Source of the DNA: Candidatus Marinacidobacterales bacterium
GTDB lineage: Bacteria > Acidobacteriota > Vicinamibacteria > Marinacidobacterales > SMYC01
Direction of reading: 5' to 3'
Assembly: GCA_965224085.1 (NCBI GenBank)
Contig: CBDCYI010000004.1
Coordinates: 896,001 to 960,000, forward strand
DNA length: 64,000 bases
The number at the start of each line of letters is the position of its first letter. The first letter of the stretch is position 1. This document shows positions 51,456-61,649 of this stretch, piece after piece. Position numbers and translations under genes: made by a program. Under the pieces are notes generated by a model. The model was not told the DNA's origin, did not search any database, and was given only the letters and a program-made list of their open reading frames with translations.

Positions 51456-52055
51456 AGACTTCCGTCCTCGCGACGCTCGTCCTCACCGCCGCCACGCTTT
51501 CGGAAGCTCGCGTCGTGCGCCTTGCGATCACCGAGCGCGAGAGCGTGCTCTCCGGCAAAGCTTTCGAGCTCGCCGGCGATGACGCGCGCGCGCGGCGACC
51601 CCGGCCGCGCCTACGCCGCGTCATTGCTCGTCAACGTACCGACGAGCGCAGCGAGCCTGGAAAAAGCGCGTGCCTTTTCTGCGTCGCTCGAGCCGAGCCA
51701 CCCGCAGGGTGTAGTTTCCTTTTGGGAGATGTACGCCCAGCGCACCATAGAGGATCGCCTTCCGGCGCTCGGCATCACAGGCCACATCGTGCCGGGAGAT
51801 CTGGGAGGCGCGCTCGCAGCGCTTCTAGTCGATGCCATCGAGGACGGAAGCCTCCTCGAAGAGGCGGGGCTTCAAAAAGGTGACTTGCTTTTCGAAGTCG
51901 ACGGCGAGCCTTTCTTCAACGACAGCACCGTTTTCGAGCTTCGCGCGTGGCTCGTCCGCGAGCTCGACGCTCGTCCTCGAAAGATGGCTTTGCGCGTTGT
52001 TCGACGCGGTGCCGAGCTCTCGCTCCATGCAACCGCTTCGCTAGAACCGTTCTAG
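51452..52055 (+). pseudogene. Chimera: secreted alpha/beta-hydrolase-domain N-terminus plus PDZ-protein C-terminus
   Basis: MKTSVLATLVLTAATLSEARVVRLAITERESVLSGKAFELAG, then out of frame ..IEDGSLLEEAGLQKGDLLFEVDGEP..LRVVRRG. Confidence 0.6.
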
Positions 52056-52741
52056 AAGAAGCTCATCTTCAACGCGACGTTTGCCGCGAACCCGTCGAGC
52101 CGGTTTTGGAGGCGCCCTGCGCCTCCGATGAAACGGTAGCCGCCCCCGACGCTGAACCGGAATGTTTCGGAGATGTTGAGGATGACGTTTACCTCTGGCT
52201 CGGCAACGAAGAAGCTCGTTTCTGTCGCGAAGATATCTTCGACATCGAAATCGTCGGAGAAGCGCCGCCCGAGCTCATTCACGAAACCAGGCACGTTCAC
52301 ACGAAACCCAGAACCGCGAAATCCGGGAACGTCATTGGGGAATCCGCCGCGGCCGGAATCGCGATCGAATGAGGGAAAGCCCGAATCAAGGGATGCGCTG
52401 CCGCCACCCACGAGCCCCCGTACCGAGATATTCACCAAGGAGCCTTGGTTGATGAAGTATTCGAAGACACCGCCGCCATAGGTCATCTCGTCGGCGCCGG
52501 AGCCGTTCGCGAGCGTATAGACACCGCCTCCGATGAGAAACTTTTTGTCGATGACAAAGCCGCCGTAGCCGCCGACGAGGCTCGCGAAGTCGCCGTTCAC
52601 GTCCGTGAACTTGAAATCCGGAGCAAAGAGAAAGCCGCTATCGACGTCACCCTGCAAGAGAGTTTCGGTGCTCACCGAGCCTTGTGCCGAAGCGAGAACA
52701 GAAATTGACAGCAGCATCAACGTAGTCAACAAGATTCGCAT
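52052..52741 (-). CDS. Outer-membrane beta-barrel-like protein
   Basis: Signal peptide, amphipathic strands (LVGGYGGFVID, FSVGGGYRF), C-terminal Phe. Confidence 0.75.
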   Translation of the reverse strand: MRILLTTLMLLSISVLASAQGSVSTETLLQGDVDSGFLFAPDFKFTDVNGDFASLVGGYGGFVIDKKFLIGGGVYTLANGSGADEMTYGGGVFEYFINQGSLVNISVRGLVGGGSASLDSGFPSFDRDSGRGGFPNDVPGFRGSGFRVNVPGFVNELGRRFSDDFDVEDIFATETSFFVAEPEVNVILNISETFRFSVGGGYRFIGGAGRLQNRLDGFAANVALKMSFF

Positions 52742-52899
52742 GATGTCGTATGCCTCCGCGCGAACGGTTTGCAGCATCCGTGCCAGCGTCGCGCGAAGGC
52801 CCAACCGCAGCGGTGTCTCCGGAAGTGGACGTGATGTCATTGAAAATGAACGGCTCATAGCGTAGTCTCCCTTCTTCACGCGAAAGAGGTCACGACCAT

Positions 52900-54006
52900 A
52901 TGTCTATCGCAAAATTGAAAAAGATCCACCGGCTTGGGGTCCTGGCGCTCGCCGCCACATGGGCCTGCCAGCCCGTCCAAGCGCCCGAAACGAGTCCCGC
53001 ATCCGTCGAACAACCGCCGCCGGGCGCCGTGTGGGAGGGCGAGGCCTTCACGTTTCACAAGATCCGCGACGACATCTACCACGCCGTCGGAACCGGCAAC
53101 CTGACCATCGGATGCAATGGCAGCGTCATTATCAATGAAAACGACGTCCTGCTCGTCGACTCGCACATGACGCCCGCGGCCTCTTGGGCGCTTGTGAAAG
53201 AGTTCGAGACACTCACCGACAAACCCGTCCGCTACGTCGTCAATACCCATTTTCATTTCGACCACGCGCACGGCAATCAAACATTTGGTGACGACGTCGA
53301 GATCATCGGACACAAATACACGCGCGACCAGCTCGTCGCGGGAGCTTCCAAACAAGGCCGCGCGTGGGAGGGTTTCGTCGTCAACGGGCTTCCCCAAAAC
53401 ATCCAGCAAGCCGAGAGCGCGCTCGAGACGGCAGTGGATGCCACCGACAAAGATGCCGAAGCTGACGCTCGAAAGCAGCTCGCCGTGCTTACGAATTATC
53501 GAGACGCGACGAACGCGATTGTCGCAACGCCACCGACGATGACTTTGACGAAGCAGATGACGCTCACCCGCGGCGGACGCAAGATTCAGCTGTGGTTTTT
53601 CGGCCGCGGTCACACTGGCGGCGACGTCGTCGTCTATCTACCCGAAGAGAAAGTCATCGCGACGGGCGATCTGGTCGTAAACGGCATCGCCTATATGGGT
53701 GACGCCTATTTGAGCGAGTGGGCCGATACGCTCGACGCGGTCAAACAGCTCGACTTCGACGTCGTCTTGCCCGGCCACGGCGCCGCCTTCGAGGGCAAAG
53801 AGAAAATCGAGCACTTCCAAGCCTACATCCGAGATCTATGGACAAGTATCGTCGCGAGCCACGAAGCCGGGGTCAGCGCGGAAGAGGCGGCCAAAACGAT
53901 CGACCTAACGAGCCACGCCGAGCACTTCCCTCAAATCAATGGCCCCGGCGTACACCCGCACGCCGTCGAGCGCGTCTACGCACTTTTCGACGGCATCGAA
54001 CAGTAG
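52900..54006 (+). CDS. MBL-fold metallohydrolase (cyclase-like) lipoprotein
   Basis: NTHFHFDHAHGN, GHTGGD, TGDL and LPGHG. Confidence 0.92.
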   Translation: MSIAKLKKIHRLGVLALAATWACQPVQAPETSPASVEQPPPGAVWEGEAFTFHKIRDDIYHAVGTGNLTIGCNGSVIINENDVLLVDSHMTPAASWALVKEFETLTDKPVRYVVNTHFHFDHAHGNQTFGDDVEIIGHKYTRDQLVAGASKQGRAWEGFVVNGLPQNIQQAESALETAVDATDKDAEADARKQLAVLTNYRDATNAIVATPPTMTLTKQMTLTRGGRKIQLWFFGRGHTGGDVVVYLPEEKVIATGDLVVNGIAYMGDAYLSEWADTLDAVKQLDFDVVLPGHGAAFEGKEKIEHFQAYIRDLWTSIVASHEAGVSAEEAAKTIDLTSHAEHFPQINGPGVHPHAVERVYALFDGIEQ

Positions 54007-54059
54007 TTACAGTTGCCCGCTATCGGCTACGTCAACGCGTCACGCGGCCGAGCGCCCAG

Positions 54060-54220
54060 GCGGCTTGCTCACGTCACTCCTCTTCTCCGTGGCCCCCTCT
54101 GATCCCGCGACGTTCCTCGTCGCGGCTTCCATTCTCGGCGGCACCGCCCTCGGGGCGTGCCTCTCGCCTGCCCGGCGTGCCTCCAAGCTGGACCCGATGG
54201 CAGTCCTGCGTTCTGAGTAG
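54060..54220 (+). pseudogene. ABC permease C-terminal remnant
   Basis: LLTSLLFSVAPSDPATF..ACLSPARRASKLDPMAVLRSE. Confidence 0.8.
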
Positions 54221-54381
54221 CTATGTGGCGAATCGCGAGTTGGCACAAAATTTGCTGGAGTAGTAGACAAATACAAAAAACTTTGGTCTCAAAACTTTTT
54301 TCAACAACTTAGCGTTCCATCCAAGGGCTCCCCCTAGCCCGACGGGCACATTCTGCCCCAAATTGGAACAAGGCGTGTGGG

Positions 54382-57300
54382 GTGAGAAAAAGAGCGGTGC
54401 TAGCCGCGATCCTCCTCGGGTGGTCTGCGCTTGCCGACGCCGAGAAGCTGGACTACCAGATTGCTGCCACCAATGACGACGCCGAAGAAGAGGTGTCCAG
54501 CGGCAACATGTACCGCAACAGCTCGGATCTCGAGCTGATTGCCGACGGCAGCACGAACCAGCTCATCGGCCTTCGCTTCCAGAACATCCAGATTCCGCAA
54601 GGCACGACCATCGTCAGTGCCGTGCTCGAGTTCGAGACCGACGAGACCAATTCGGGCGCCACATCCGTCACCATCGAGGGCGAAGACATCAACGACGCGC
54701 CTCAGTTCGGAAACGGCAACTCCAACATTTCGAACCGAGCCCGAACTTCCGCCTCCGTCGATTGGAACAGCATCCCCGCATGGAACACGGTGAGCGAGCG
54801 TCATCAGTCTCCCGACATCACGAGCATCGTGCAGGAGATCGTCGATCGTGGCGGCTGGTCGGCCGGAAGCGACATGGTCTTCATCATTACGGGAAGCGGC
54901 GAGCGCACCGCGGAGTCGTATGACGGCGAAGCGAGCAACGCACCGATTCTGCGGATCGAGATTGCTGGCATCACGCCTGCGGCAGGCGCCGCCCTTTGTT
55001 ATGGCGTGGCCGATGGAGGAAACAGGTTTGTGCTCATCGATATCACAGACGGCACCGTCGATACCAATGTCGGTAACGTCGGTGTCTCCGACATCGAAGC
55101 GATCGCGATCGATCCGGAGGGGCTCGACGTCTACGGCGCCGATGCCGACCAGCTCGGGCGCATCAATACCGACACCGGCGAGTTCATCCGTCTGACGGAG
55201 ACGTTCGGTACTGGTTCGGGCTCCACCGGCAATATCACGTTCGACGATGTCGACAGCTTGGCCTTCGATCACGATACCGGAACGATGTGGGGCGTTGACG
55301 CCCGTGGCGGTGCCGACGCTCTTTTCCAAATCGATCCCGACACCGGCGCCCACGTTCCCGACGCCTTCGGCGTGGGGGTGGACTATGTGCTCATCACGGG
55401 GACGAATATCGGCACTTCGATCGACGACATCGCCATCGATCCCAGTACCGGCGTCATGTACGGAGCGGATACGACCAATTCTCAGCTGATCACCCTCAAT
55501 ACGTCCACCGGAGCGGGAACCGTGGTTGGAAGCTTCGGGGGAAGCGTCGACATGGAAGGCATGGGCTTCCATTCAGACGGCACACTCTACGGGACCGAAG
55601 GCCGGAGAGTGTACACGATCAACACGTCGACAGGCGCAGCCACGCAGGTCGGAAGCGGCAATACGCTGAACGTCGGCAGCGACTACGAAGGCTTCGATTG
55701 CCACTTCACGGCTCTCACCCGCGCCACGATCGCGCGTTTCGACGTGGTCGCCGATGGCGACCGAACGATCGTGACCTGGGAGACGTCGTCCGAGAACGGC
55801 ACGGCCGGTTTCTACCTCTATCGATTCGACTTTTTCGAGAACCGCTGGATACTCACTCATGACGGCCTGCTTCCGGGGCTCCAAAGCGCCCCCCAAGGCG
55901 GCACTTATCGGCTCATCGACGAGACCGTGGGCTCTGAAGAGAGGCTTTACTATACGCTCGTCGAAGTAGAGGTCACCGGCAAATTTATTTGGCATTCGCG
56001 GTGTTGTCGAGCAAGCGTCACGCCTGACAGGCCGTTGCCTGGCGATAAGAAGTTCATACGAAGGACACGTCGAGAGCTCAAAGAAACCCTCCGCCCCGGA
56101 CAGGCAAGGCGGCGCGTCTCCGAGAAATTCGACTTGAAGGTCCTTACGCGACGCCGAGGGCTCCATCACTTGAGCATCGACGAGATTGCGGGCGCTCTGG
56201 GGCGTCCCGAGCTCGCGCCATGGGTCGCTCGACAGACTGGTCGCGGTCTTATCTCGCTTCGAAACCGCGAGACCGAGGTGCCATGGCTCCCCGCGACGGA
56301 CGGTACCGGGCTCTCGTTCTACGCGCCGGAGCACCGGAGTCTCTACAGCGAGCACAACGTGTTTCACCTTCAATTCGTCCGCGGGACAACAATGGAGCGT
56401 GCCGGCCTTCCAACGAGCGGTGCCGCGCTCCAGGCCATGAACTTCGTCGATCGCGTCACGTTCGAGGAAGATCGTTTCGCGGCTACGGTGGTAGCGCTCG
56501 ACCCCGACTCCGACTATTGGTTTTGGGAGTTCGTGAGTGCCGGCGACGCGGATTCTGGCTCGCGTCGTTTCACGCTCGACGTTCCATCCCTCGACGCGCG
56601 AGGGCGAAACGCCTACCTCGAAGTTGAGCTCTTCGGCGCGACCCATACGGGTTTCCCGTCGGAGCACCGCGCGACGATCCGCCTCAACGGCGTCGATGTG
56701 GGCGCGACCGTGTGGTCGGGGATCGGTACGCACGAAGTCGCGATTGAGCTTCCGGTCGGGTTGCTGCAAGAAGGCGACAACGTCGTCGAAGTCGAGGGGA
56801 TTCTCGACGGCGCTCCGTATAGCGTGTTCTACATCGATGCTTTTGCACTGCGCTATGCGCGTCGCTACGAAGCTCGCGACGACGCACTCCATTTCAACGG
56901 TACCGGAAGAGCGTCCATATCTCTCGTCGGCTTCTCGAGTGAGCCGTGGCTCTTCGATATTTCGGACGCGACAACACCCTTCGTCGTCAACGCGTCGGCC
57001 GCGGGGACCATCGTTCCGGCGGGCCCAGAGCGGGAATATCTGGCCGTCGGGGCAGAAGGCGTCCTGAGCGCAGAGCTCGAACCGTGGGTGACCGCCTCGA
57101 AGCCGCTGAAGAGTCGTGACCATCGGATCGACTATCTCGTCATCGCCGCGGACGCGCTCGTAGACGCTGCCCAGTCGCTGGCCGACTATCGCGAATCGCA
57201 AGGACTGAGAACGATGCTCGTCGGCGTCTCCGAGATCGAAAACGCGTTCAACGATGGTTTCCGAAGCCCCTACGCGATCCGCGACTTTCTGCTATACGCT

Positions 57301-58152
57301 TCGAAACACTGGACGCGCGCTCCCCGCTACGTCGTTCTCGTGGGTGAGGGCTCTTTCGACTACCGCAACCTTCTCGGACAAAATGACAGCCTCGTCGCGT
57401 CTCTCTTGAGGCGCGGCAATCTCGGCATTTATGCCGCGGACAACGCGCTCGGAAGCGCGGGTGAGCCTACGCTGCCTCTCATGGCCATCGGGCGTATCCC
57501 AGTCACCACAGAAGCACAGCTCGAGACCTACGTCGCAAAGGTGCGAGCTTTCGAAGGATCCCCCGGGATCGAAGCGCCTCTGTTGCTCTCGGATGTACCC
57601 GATGTAGGAGGGAACTTCGCGGCCGATGGCCTCCAGATTACGGCGACGCTTGCCGATGTCGCAAGTTTCGAGTCCATCTCTCTCGAAGAGCTGCCCGTAA
57701 ACCAGGCGCGCGAGCGGCTCTTCGCCCGATTGAACGAGGGTGCGGGCCTCATGGTGTATACGGGTCACGGCGGCCTCGACCGTTTGTCGTCCCTCGGGTT
57801 GCTGACATCCTACGACTCCGCCGCGCTCGAGTCGGTCGCTTACCCGCCGATCCTCGTGTCTCTGAGCTGCTCGACCAACCGCTTCGATATTCCAGGTTTC
57901 GACTCGTTGGGAGAAACGCTCGTGCGGCAAGAGGAAGGTGGCCTCGTGGCGGCATGGGCGCCGACCGCGCTCACTTCCCACGGCCAATCGACGCTTCTCG
58001 GCCAAGCGTTTCTCGAGCACGCGTATAGGAATGCCGATCGCCTCGGCGACGCTATGTTGTACGCACTACGGGACTACAGCCAGCGTCCCGACGCCGAGCG
58101 ACTCTTGCGTGCCTTCAATCTGCTGGGAGATCCTGCGCTTCGACTGCGATAG
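54382..58152 (+). CDS. Secreted C25 (gingipain-like) cysteine peptidase, multidomain
   Basis: DYLVIA, AIRDFL, YVVLVG, IGRIPV, YTGHGG (His), LSCS (Cys) and FNLLGDPAL. Confidence 0.9.
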   Translation: MRKRAVLAAILLGWSALADAEKLDYQIAATNDDAEEEVSSGNMYRNSSDLELIADGSTNQLIGLRFQNIQIPQGTTIVSAVLEFETDETNSGATSVTIEGEDINDAPQFGNGNSNISNRARTSASVDWNSIPAWNTVSERHQSPDITSIVQEIVDRGGWSAGSDMVFIITGSGERTAESYDGEASNAPILRIEIAGITPAAGAALCYGVADGGNRFVLIDITDGTVDTNVGNVGVSDIEAIAIDPEGLDVYGADADQLGRINTDTGEFIRLTETFGTGSGSTGNITFDDVDSLAFDHDTGTMWGVDARGGADALFQIDPDTGAHVPDAFGVGVDYVLITGTNIGTSIDDIAIDPSTGVMYGADTTNSQLITLNTSTGAGTVVGSFGGSVDMEGMGFHSDGTLYGTEGRRVYTINTSTGAATQVGSGNTLNVGSDYEGFDCHFTALTRATIARFDVVADGDRTIVTWETSSENGTAGFYLYRFDFFENRWILTHDGLLPGLQSAPQGGTYRLIDETVGSEERLYYTLVEVEVTGKFIWHSRCCRASVTPDRPLPGDKKFIRRTRRELKETLRPGQARRRVSEKFDLKVLTRRRGLHHLSIDEIAGALGRPELAPWVARQTGRGLISLRNRETEVPWLPATDGTGLSFYAPEHRSLYSEHNVFHLQFVRGTTMERAGLPTSGAALQAMNFVDRVTFEEDRFAATVVALDPDSDYWFWEFVSAGDADSGSRRFTLDVPSLDARGRNAYLEVELFGATHTGFPSEHRATIRLNGVDVGATVWSGIGTHEVAIELPVGLLQEGDNVVEVEGILDGAPYSVFYIDAFALRYARRYEARDDALHFNGTGRASISLVGFSSEPWLFDISDATTPFVVNASAAGTIVPAGPEREYLAVGAEGVLSAELEPWVTASKPLKSRDHRIDYLVIAADALVDAAQSLADYRESQGLRTMLVGVSEIENAFNDGFRSPYAIRDFLLYASKHWTRAPRYVVLVGEGSFDYRNLLGQNDSLVASLLRRGNLGIYAADNALGSAGEPTLPLMAIGRIPVTTEAQLETYVAKVRAFEGSPGIEAPLLLSDVPDVGGNFAADGLQITATLADVASFESISLEELPVNQARERLFARLNEGAGLMVYTGHGGLDRLSSLGLLTSYDSAALESVAYPPILVSLSCSTNRFDIPGFDSLGETLVRQEEGGLVAAWAPTALTSHGQSTLLGQAFLEHAYRNADRLGDAMLYALRDYSQRPDAERLLRAFNLLGDPALRLR

Positions 58153-58185
58153 ATCCGCCCGCGTTGCGATAGGCGTAGTGCGCAT

Positions 58186-58960
58186 TCAGTCAGCCGAGTA
58201 GATAGTCTCCGTATCGGATGGCGTCATATTTCGGTGGCCGTTTCTCGCTCTGGCATGTCGAAAGACAAGCGATTGCGACATCCATGTTGGGGTCGAAGAA
58301 AAAAGGCACTGAGTCACGGTGGCCTCCCCGAATGTTGACCACGCGATGCTCGGTCGACACGTAGCGATCGTTCGTCCATCGCGCCATGACGTCTCCGATA
58401 TTGACGACGAAGGCGCCCGGTATCGGCGTCGCCGCGATCCAGTCTCCCGACCGTTGCCGGACATGCAGCCGCCGGAATCGTCTCGGGCGAGCAGCGTGAT
58501 CGCGCCGTAATCCGTATGCGGGGCGGAGCCGAACTGATTCTCCGCTGAAGCCACCCCTTGCGGTGAGTAATGCAGCAACTCTCAGAAACGTCGTCGGATC
58601 GCGGAAGCTCGGTGCGAAGTAGTCTTCTTCGAGCTCGAGCGCGATGGCGAAGCGCGCGAGCAAGGCCCGCCCGACCTTTCCATCGCCGACCCGTAAGCGA
58701 GCATCGTGTCACGAAAGTCGGTGAGCTCGGGCCATTGATTCGGCCCTTGTAGCGGCCGTTCGGCGAGCAAGTCGGGGTGGCCGGTCCGAAGCTCGTGCAT
58801 GATCACGAGGGACTCGCTAACGTTTGGCGCGAGCGCCTCGATGAGCCGGTAAGTGGAGGCGCCGATATAGCCGCGGTGAAACGCGTTGATCGCGAGCGCG
58901 GTCTTGCTCTTCAGAGGCTCGGCAGCCGGTCTTTTGGCATCTCGACGGCCGAACGTGTCA
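58186..58960 (-). pseudogene. IPNS-family 2OG-Fe(II) oxygenase, frameshifted and 5'-deleted
   Basis: HRGYIG, GPNQWP, APHTDYGAITLL, FVVNIGDVMARWTNDRYVSTEHRV and RDSVPFF spread over three frames. Confidence 0.85.
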
Positions 58961-58998
58961 CAACCGCATCTTGGCGTTGCCTGTGGTACGCTCCCGCC

Positions 58999-60057
58999 AT
59001 GCCTCGGGGCGTCCTCTTCGCCGTTCTCGTCATTTTTTCTACGGGGATTTTTCCCGCGATGGCTACAGGCGAAAGTCGCAAAATCATTTTCGATACCGAC
59101 TTTGCCTTGCCGCCAGGCGATGACGGTCTCGCGCTTCTTCTCGCCCTCCAATCTCCGGAGATCGAGATCCTCGCCGTCACGACCGTCGCCGGCAACGAGA
59201 GCGTGGAGCGCGCCACCGCAGACGTCTTGTGGCTTCTCGAGTCCGTCGGGCGTACGGAGATCCCCGTTTATCAGGGCGCCGACATGCCTTGGGTTCACGA
59301 GAGAAGCGACTTTGCCGTCCACCATTACGGGAAGTGGTACTCGAACGACGCCCCTCCCCCACCACCTGGGGGCCATGCACGGAAGAAAGTCGAAAAGGAG
59401 ACAGCCGTCGAGCTCCTCGTCCGTTCCGTTCTCGCTAGCCCCGACGAAATCACCATCGTCGCGATTGGGCCCTTGACGAACGTTGCCACGGCCATCCGTC
59501 AAAACGCCGCCTTCTCCGAAGGCGTCCGCGCGCTCGTCATCATGGGAGGCGCCGTCGCCTCACTCGCAGACGGCGCCGGCAACATCACGCCGAACGCCGA
59601 GTTCAATTTCTGGGTGGACCCCGAAGCCGCTCGCGTCGCGCTGCGCTCCGGTATCCCAATCGTGCTCTCTCCGCTCAACGTCTCGCGCAAAACCGCGTTG
59701 ACTAAGGAATGGTACGAGAAAATGGTCGCCTCGGACACGGCCATCACCCGGCTCCTGAGGACGACGATGGGGCCGCGGTTCGACCGCGATCCGGATCGCG
59801 TCTGGCTCATGTACGACCAAGTCGCTATCGGAAGCTTGATCGACCCGTCGCTCGTCATGACGGAAGAGCTCTTCGTCGACGTCGACGACAACCACGGCTT
59901 GAGCTATGGGACCTCCGTTGGAGGCACCGAGATTTGGCCGGGCGCCGAAGGAGCTCGCAAGATGAAGGTTCAGCATGACCTCGACTGGCGCCGTTTCATC
60001 GAAATGTTCATCAAAAGAATGAACGCGCCCGTAGCTTCGGCTCCTACTAGACCTTAG
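58999..60057 (+). CDS. Nucleoside hydrolase (IU-NH family), secreted
   Basis: IIFDTD..DDGLA, TTVAGN, IGPLTNVA and AEFNFWVDPEAA. Confidence 0.92.
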   Translation: MPRGVLFAVLVIFSTGIFPAMATGESRKIIFDTDFALPPGDDGLALLLALQSPEIEILAVTTVAGNESVERATADVLWLLESVGRTEIPVYQGADMPWVHERSDFAVHHYGKWYSNDAPPPPPGGHARKKVEKETAVELLVRSVLASPDEITIVAIGPLTNVATAIRQNAAFSEGVRALVIMGGAVASLADGAGNITPNAEFNFWVDPEAARVALRSGIPIVLSPLNVSRKTALTKEWYEKMVASDTAITRLLRTTMGPRFDRDPDRVWLMYDQVAIGSLIDPSLVMTEELFVDVDDNHGLSYGTSVGGTEIWPGAEGARKMKVQHDLDWRRFIEMFIKRMNAPVASAPTRP

Positions 60058-60277
60058 TTTCGTTTTGACGCAAAAGCTACACATCCACTTACAGAGCAAC
60101 CCAAAAGCGCCCGAAATCTTTCGCATGACCCGGGAGCGCTATCGCGCCGCGGCAAAGCGTCAGCCTGAGATCGCGCGCCGTGGAGAAACGGAGCATACCA
60201 CCGAGTAGCCTCCCGGACCGCACTGATGTTTTGCGTCCCAAACTAGGTTATCCTCCACCCCTGCGAAGGGAGAAACC

Positions 60278-60682
60278 ATGACGAAGTTGTTCTTGCCCGT
60301 TCTCGCGCTTGCGCTGTTCGCACTACCCTCCGAGAACCTGGCGCAGCCCAAGCTAGACGCTCAGATCTACGAGCTTCGCACCTACACGACGCATGACGGT
60401 TCTCTCCCGAAACTGCACGCGCGATTCAGGGAGCACACGAATCACATCTTTGTGAAACACGGCATGAAGCTCATCGCTTACTGGGTCCCCGCTGACGAAG
60501 ACAACAAGCTCATCTACGTGCTCGCGTTTCCGAGCGTCGAGGCGCGTGAGAAAGCGTGGCAGGCCTTCCGGGACGATCCGGAATGGCAAGCGGCCTACGA
60601 GGCGTCGCGCGCGGACGGCCCGATCGTCGAAAAGGTCGAGTCGGTCGTCATGTTCCCAACCGACTATTCGCCGATTCGCTGA
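60278..60682 (+). CDS. NIPSNAP family protein
   Basis: YELRTY, AWQAFRDDPEW and PTDYSP. Confidence 0.9.
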   Translation: MTKLFLPVLALALFALPSENLAQPKLDAQIYELRTYTTHDGSLPKLHARFREHTNHIFVKHGMKLIAYWVPADEDNKLIYVLAFPSVEAREKAWQAFRDDPEWQAAYEASRADGPIVEKVESVVMFPTDYSPIR

Positions 60683-61507
60683 CGGCTTTTTGGAACTGGC
60701 CCGGCGTCCAACCCGTCATGCGACGGAACACGCGGTTGAAGTGACTTTGGTCCGAGAAACCGCAGGCGAGCGCCACTTCGGCGAGACCGGCGCCAGGGTC
60801 CACGAGCTTCTTGGCAGCTTGCTCCACCCGTAATCGCCGCAGATACTCACCGACGGACTGCCGGTAGTGCTTGCGGAACGTCCGCGAGAGGCGGACCGGG
60901 CTGACGTCGAGATCTCGAGCGAGCCCGGTCACCGTCAGAGGCTTCGCGAGTTCATCGCGTAATCGCTCGACGGCCAGCTCCAGCCAGCGAGGGCGACGCC
61001 TGTCCACCGCTGGCTCCTCACGCAGCACGGCGCCGAGCATCTCGAGCACGAGTCCTTCGATCACGAGACCCGAGCCTCGCCCGACAGAGGCAAACTCCCG
61101 GTAAAGCCGGCTCGCGAGCCAAACGAGGCCGCCCGCGTGCCAATCCACCGTTTCCGCCGGGAGCCGGCCATAATCCCGTGCGCGCTGACCCAGGACGGCT
61201 CGAGCTCGGCGTGAAAGCAGCGCCCACCGAGAGTGCCAATGTCGCCTCGATGAGCGTCTTCCGGAGGATGAAACGCGACGGACAGAGAATCGTACGTGAC
61301 CCGCCGTCGACGGCCATATTCCTCCCGATAGCCGCCACCCAAAAGGAGGCAAAAGTAGGCGAAGGCGTGCTCGTGCGCCGGCACGCGCAACGCCGGCGGA
61401 TAGTGCGTGTCAGACAAAATGACGCCGGACGAACGGAGGCTTCGGTGATTAACACCGAAAAACTCACCGACAGGCAGACGTTCAGGACAACTCGCGAGCA
61501 CGGCCAT
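60648..61507 (-). pseudogene. AraC family regulator with frameshift
   Basis: N-terminal PAHEHAFAYF (61061-61507) and HTH LSRTFRKHY..LAEVALACGFSDQSHFNRVFRR in another frame; shift near 61170. Confidence 0.85.
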
Positions 61508-61649
61508 CAGCGATCCTCCGCTAAGTTTAGATCACGCCACCGAAAACCCATTGTACGGAGCGCACCTTTTGAACACTTCATACCTCGCGCCGTTCAAAAC
61601 ACGAAAATGATTCAATACAAATGCTCCGTGCTCCGGCTACGGTATCACT

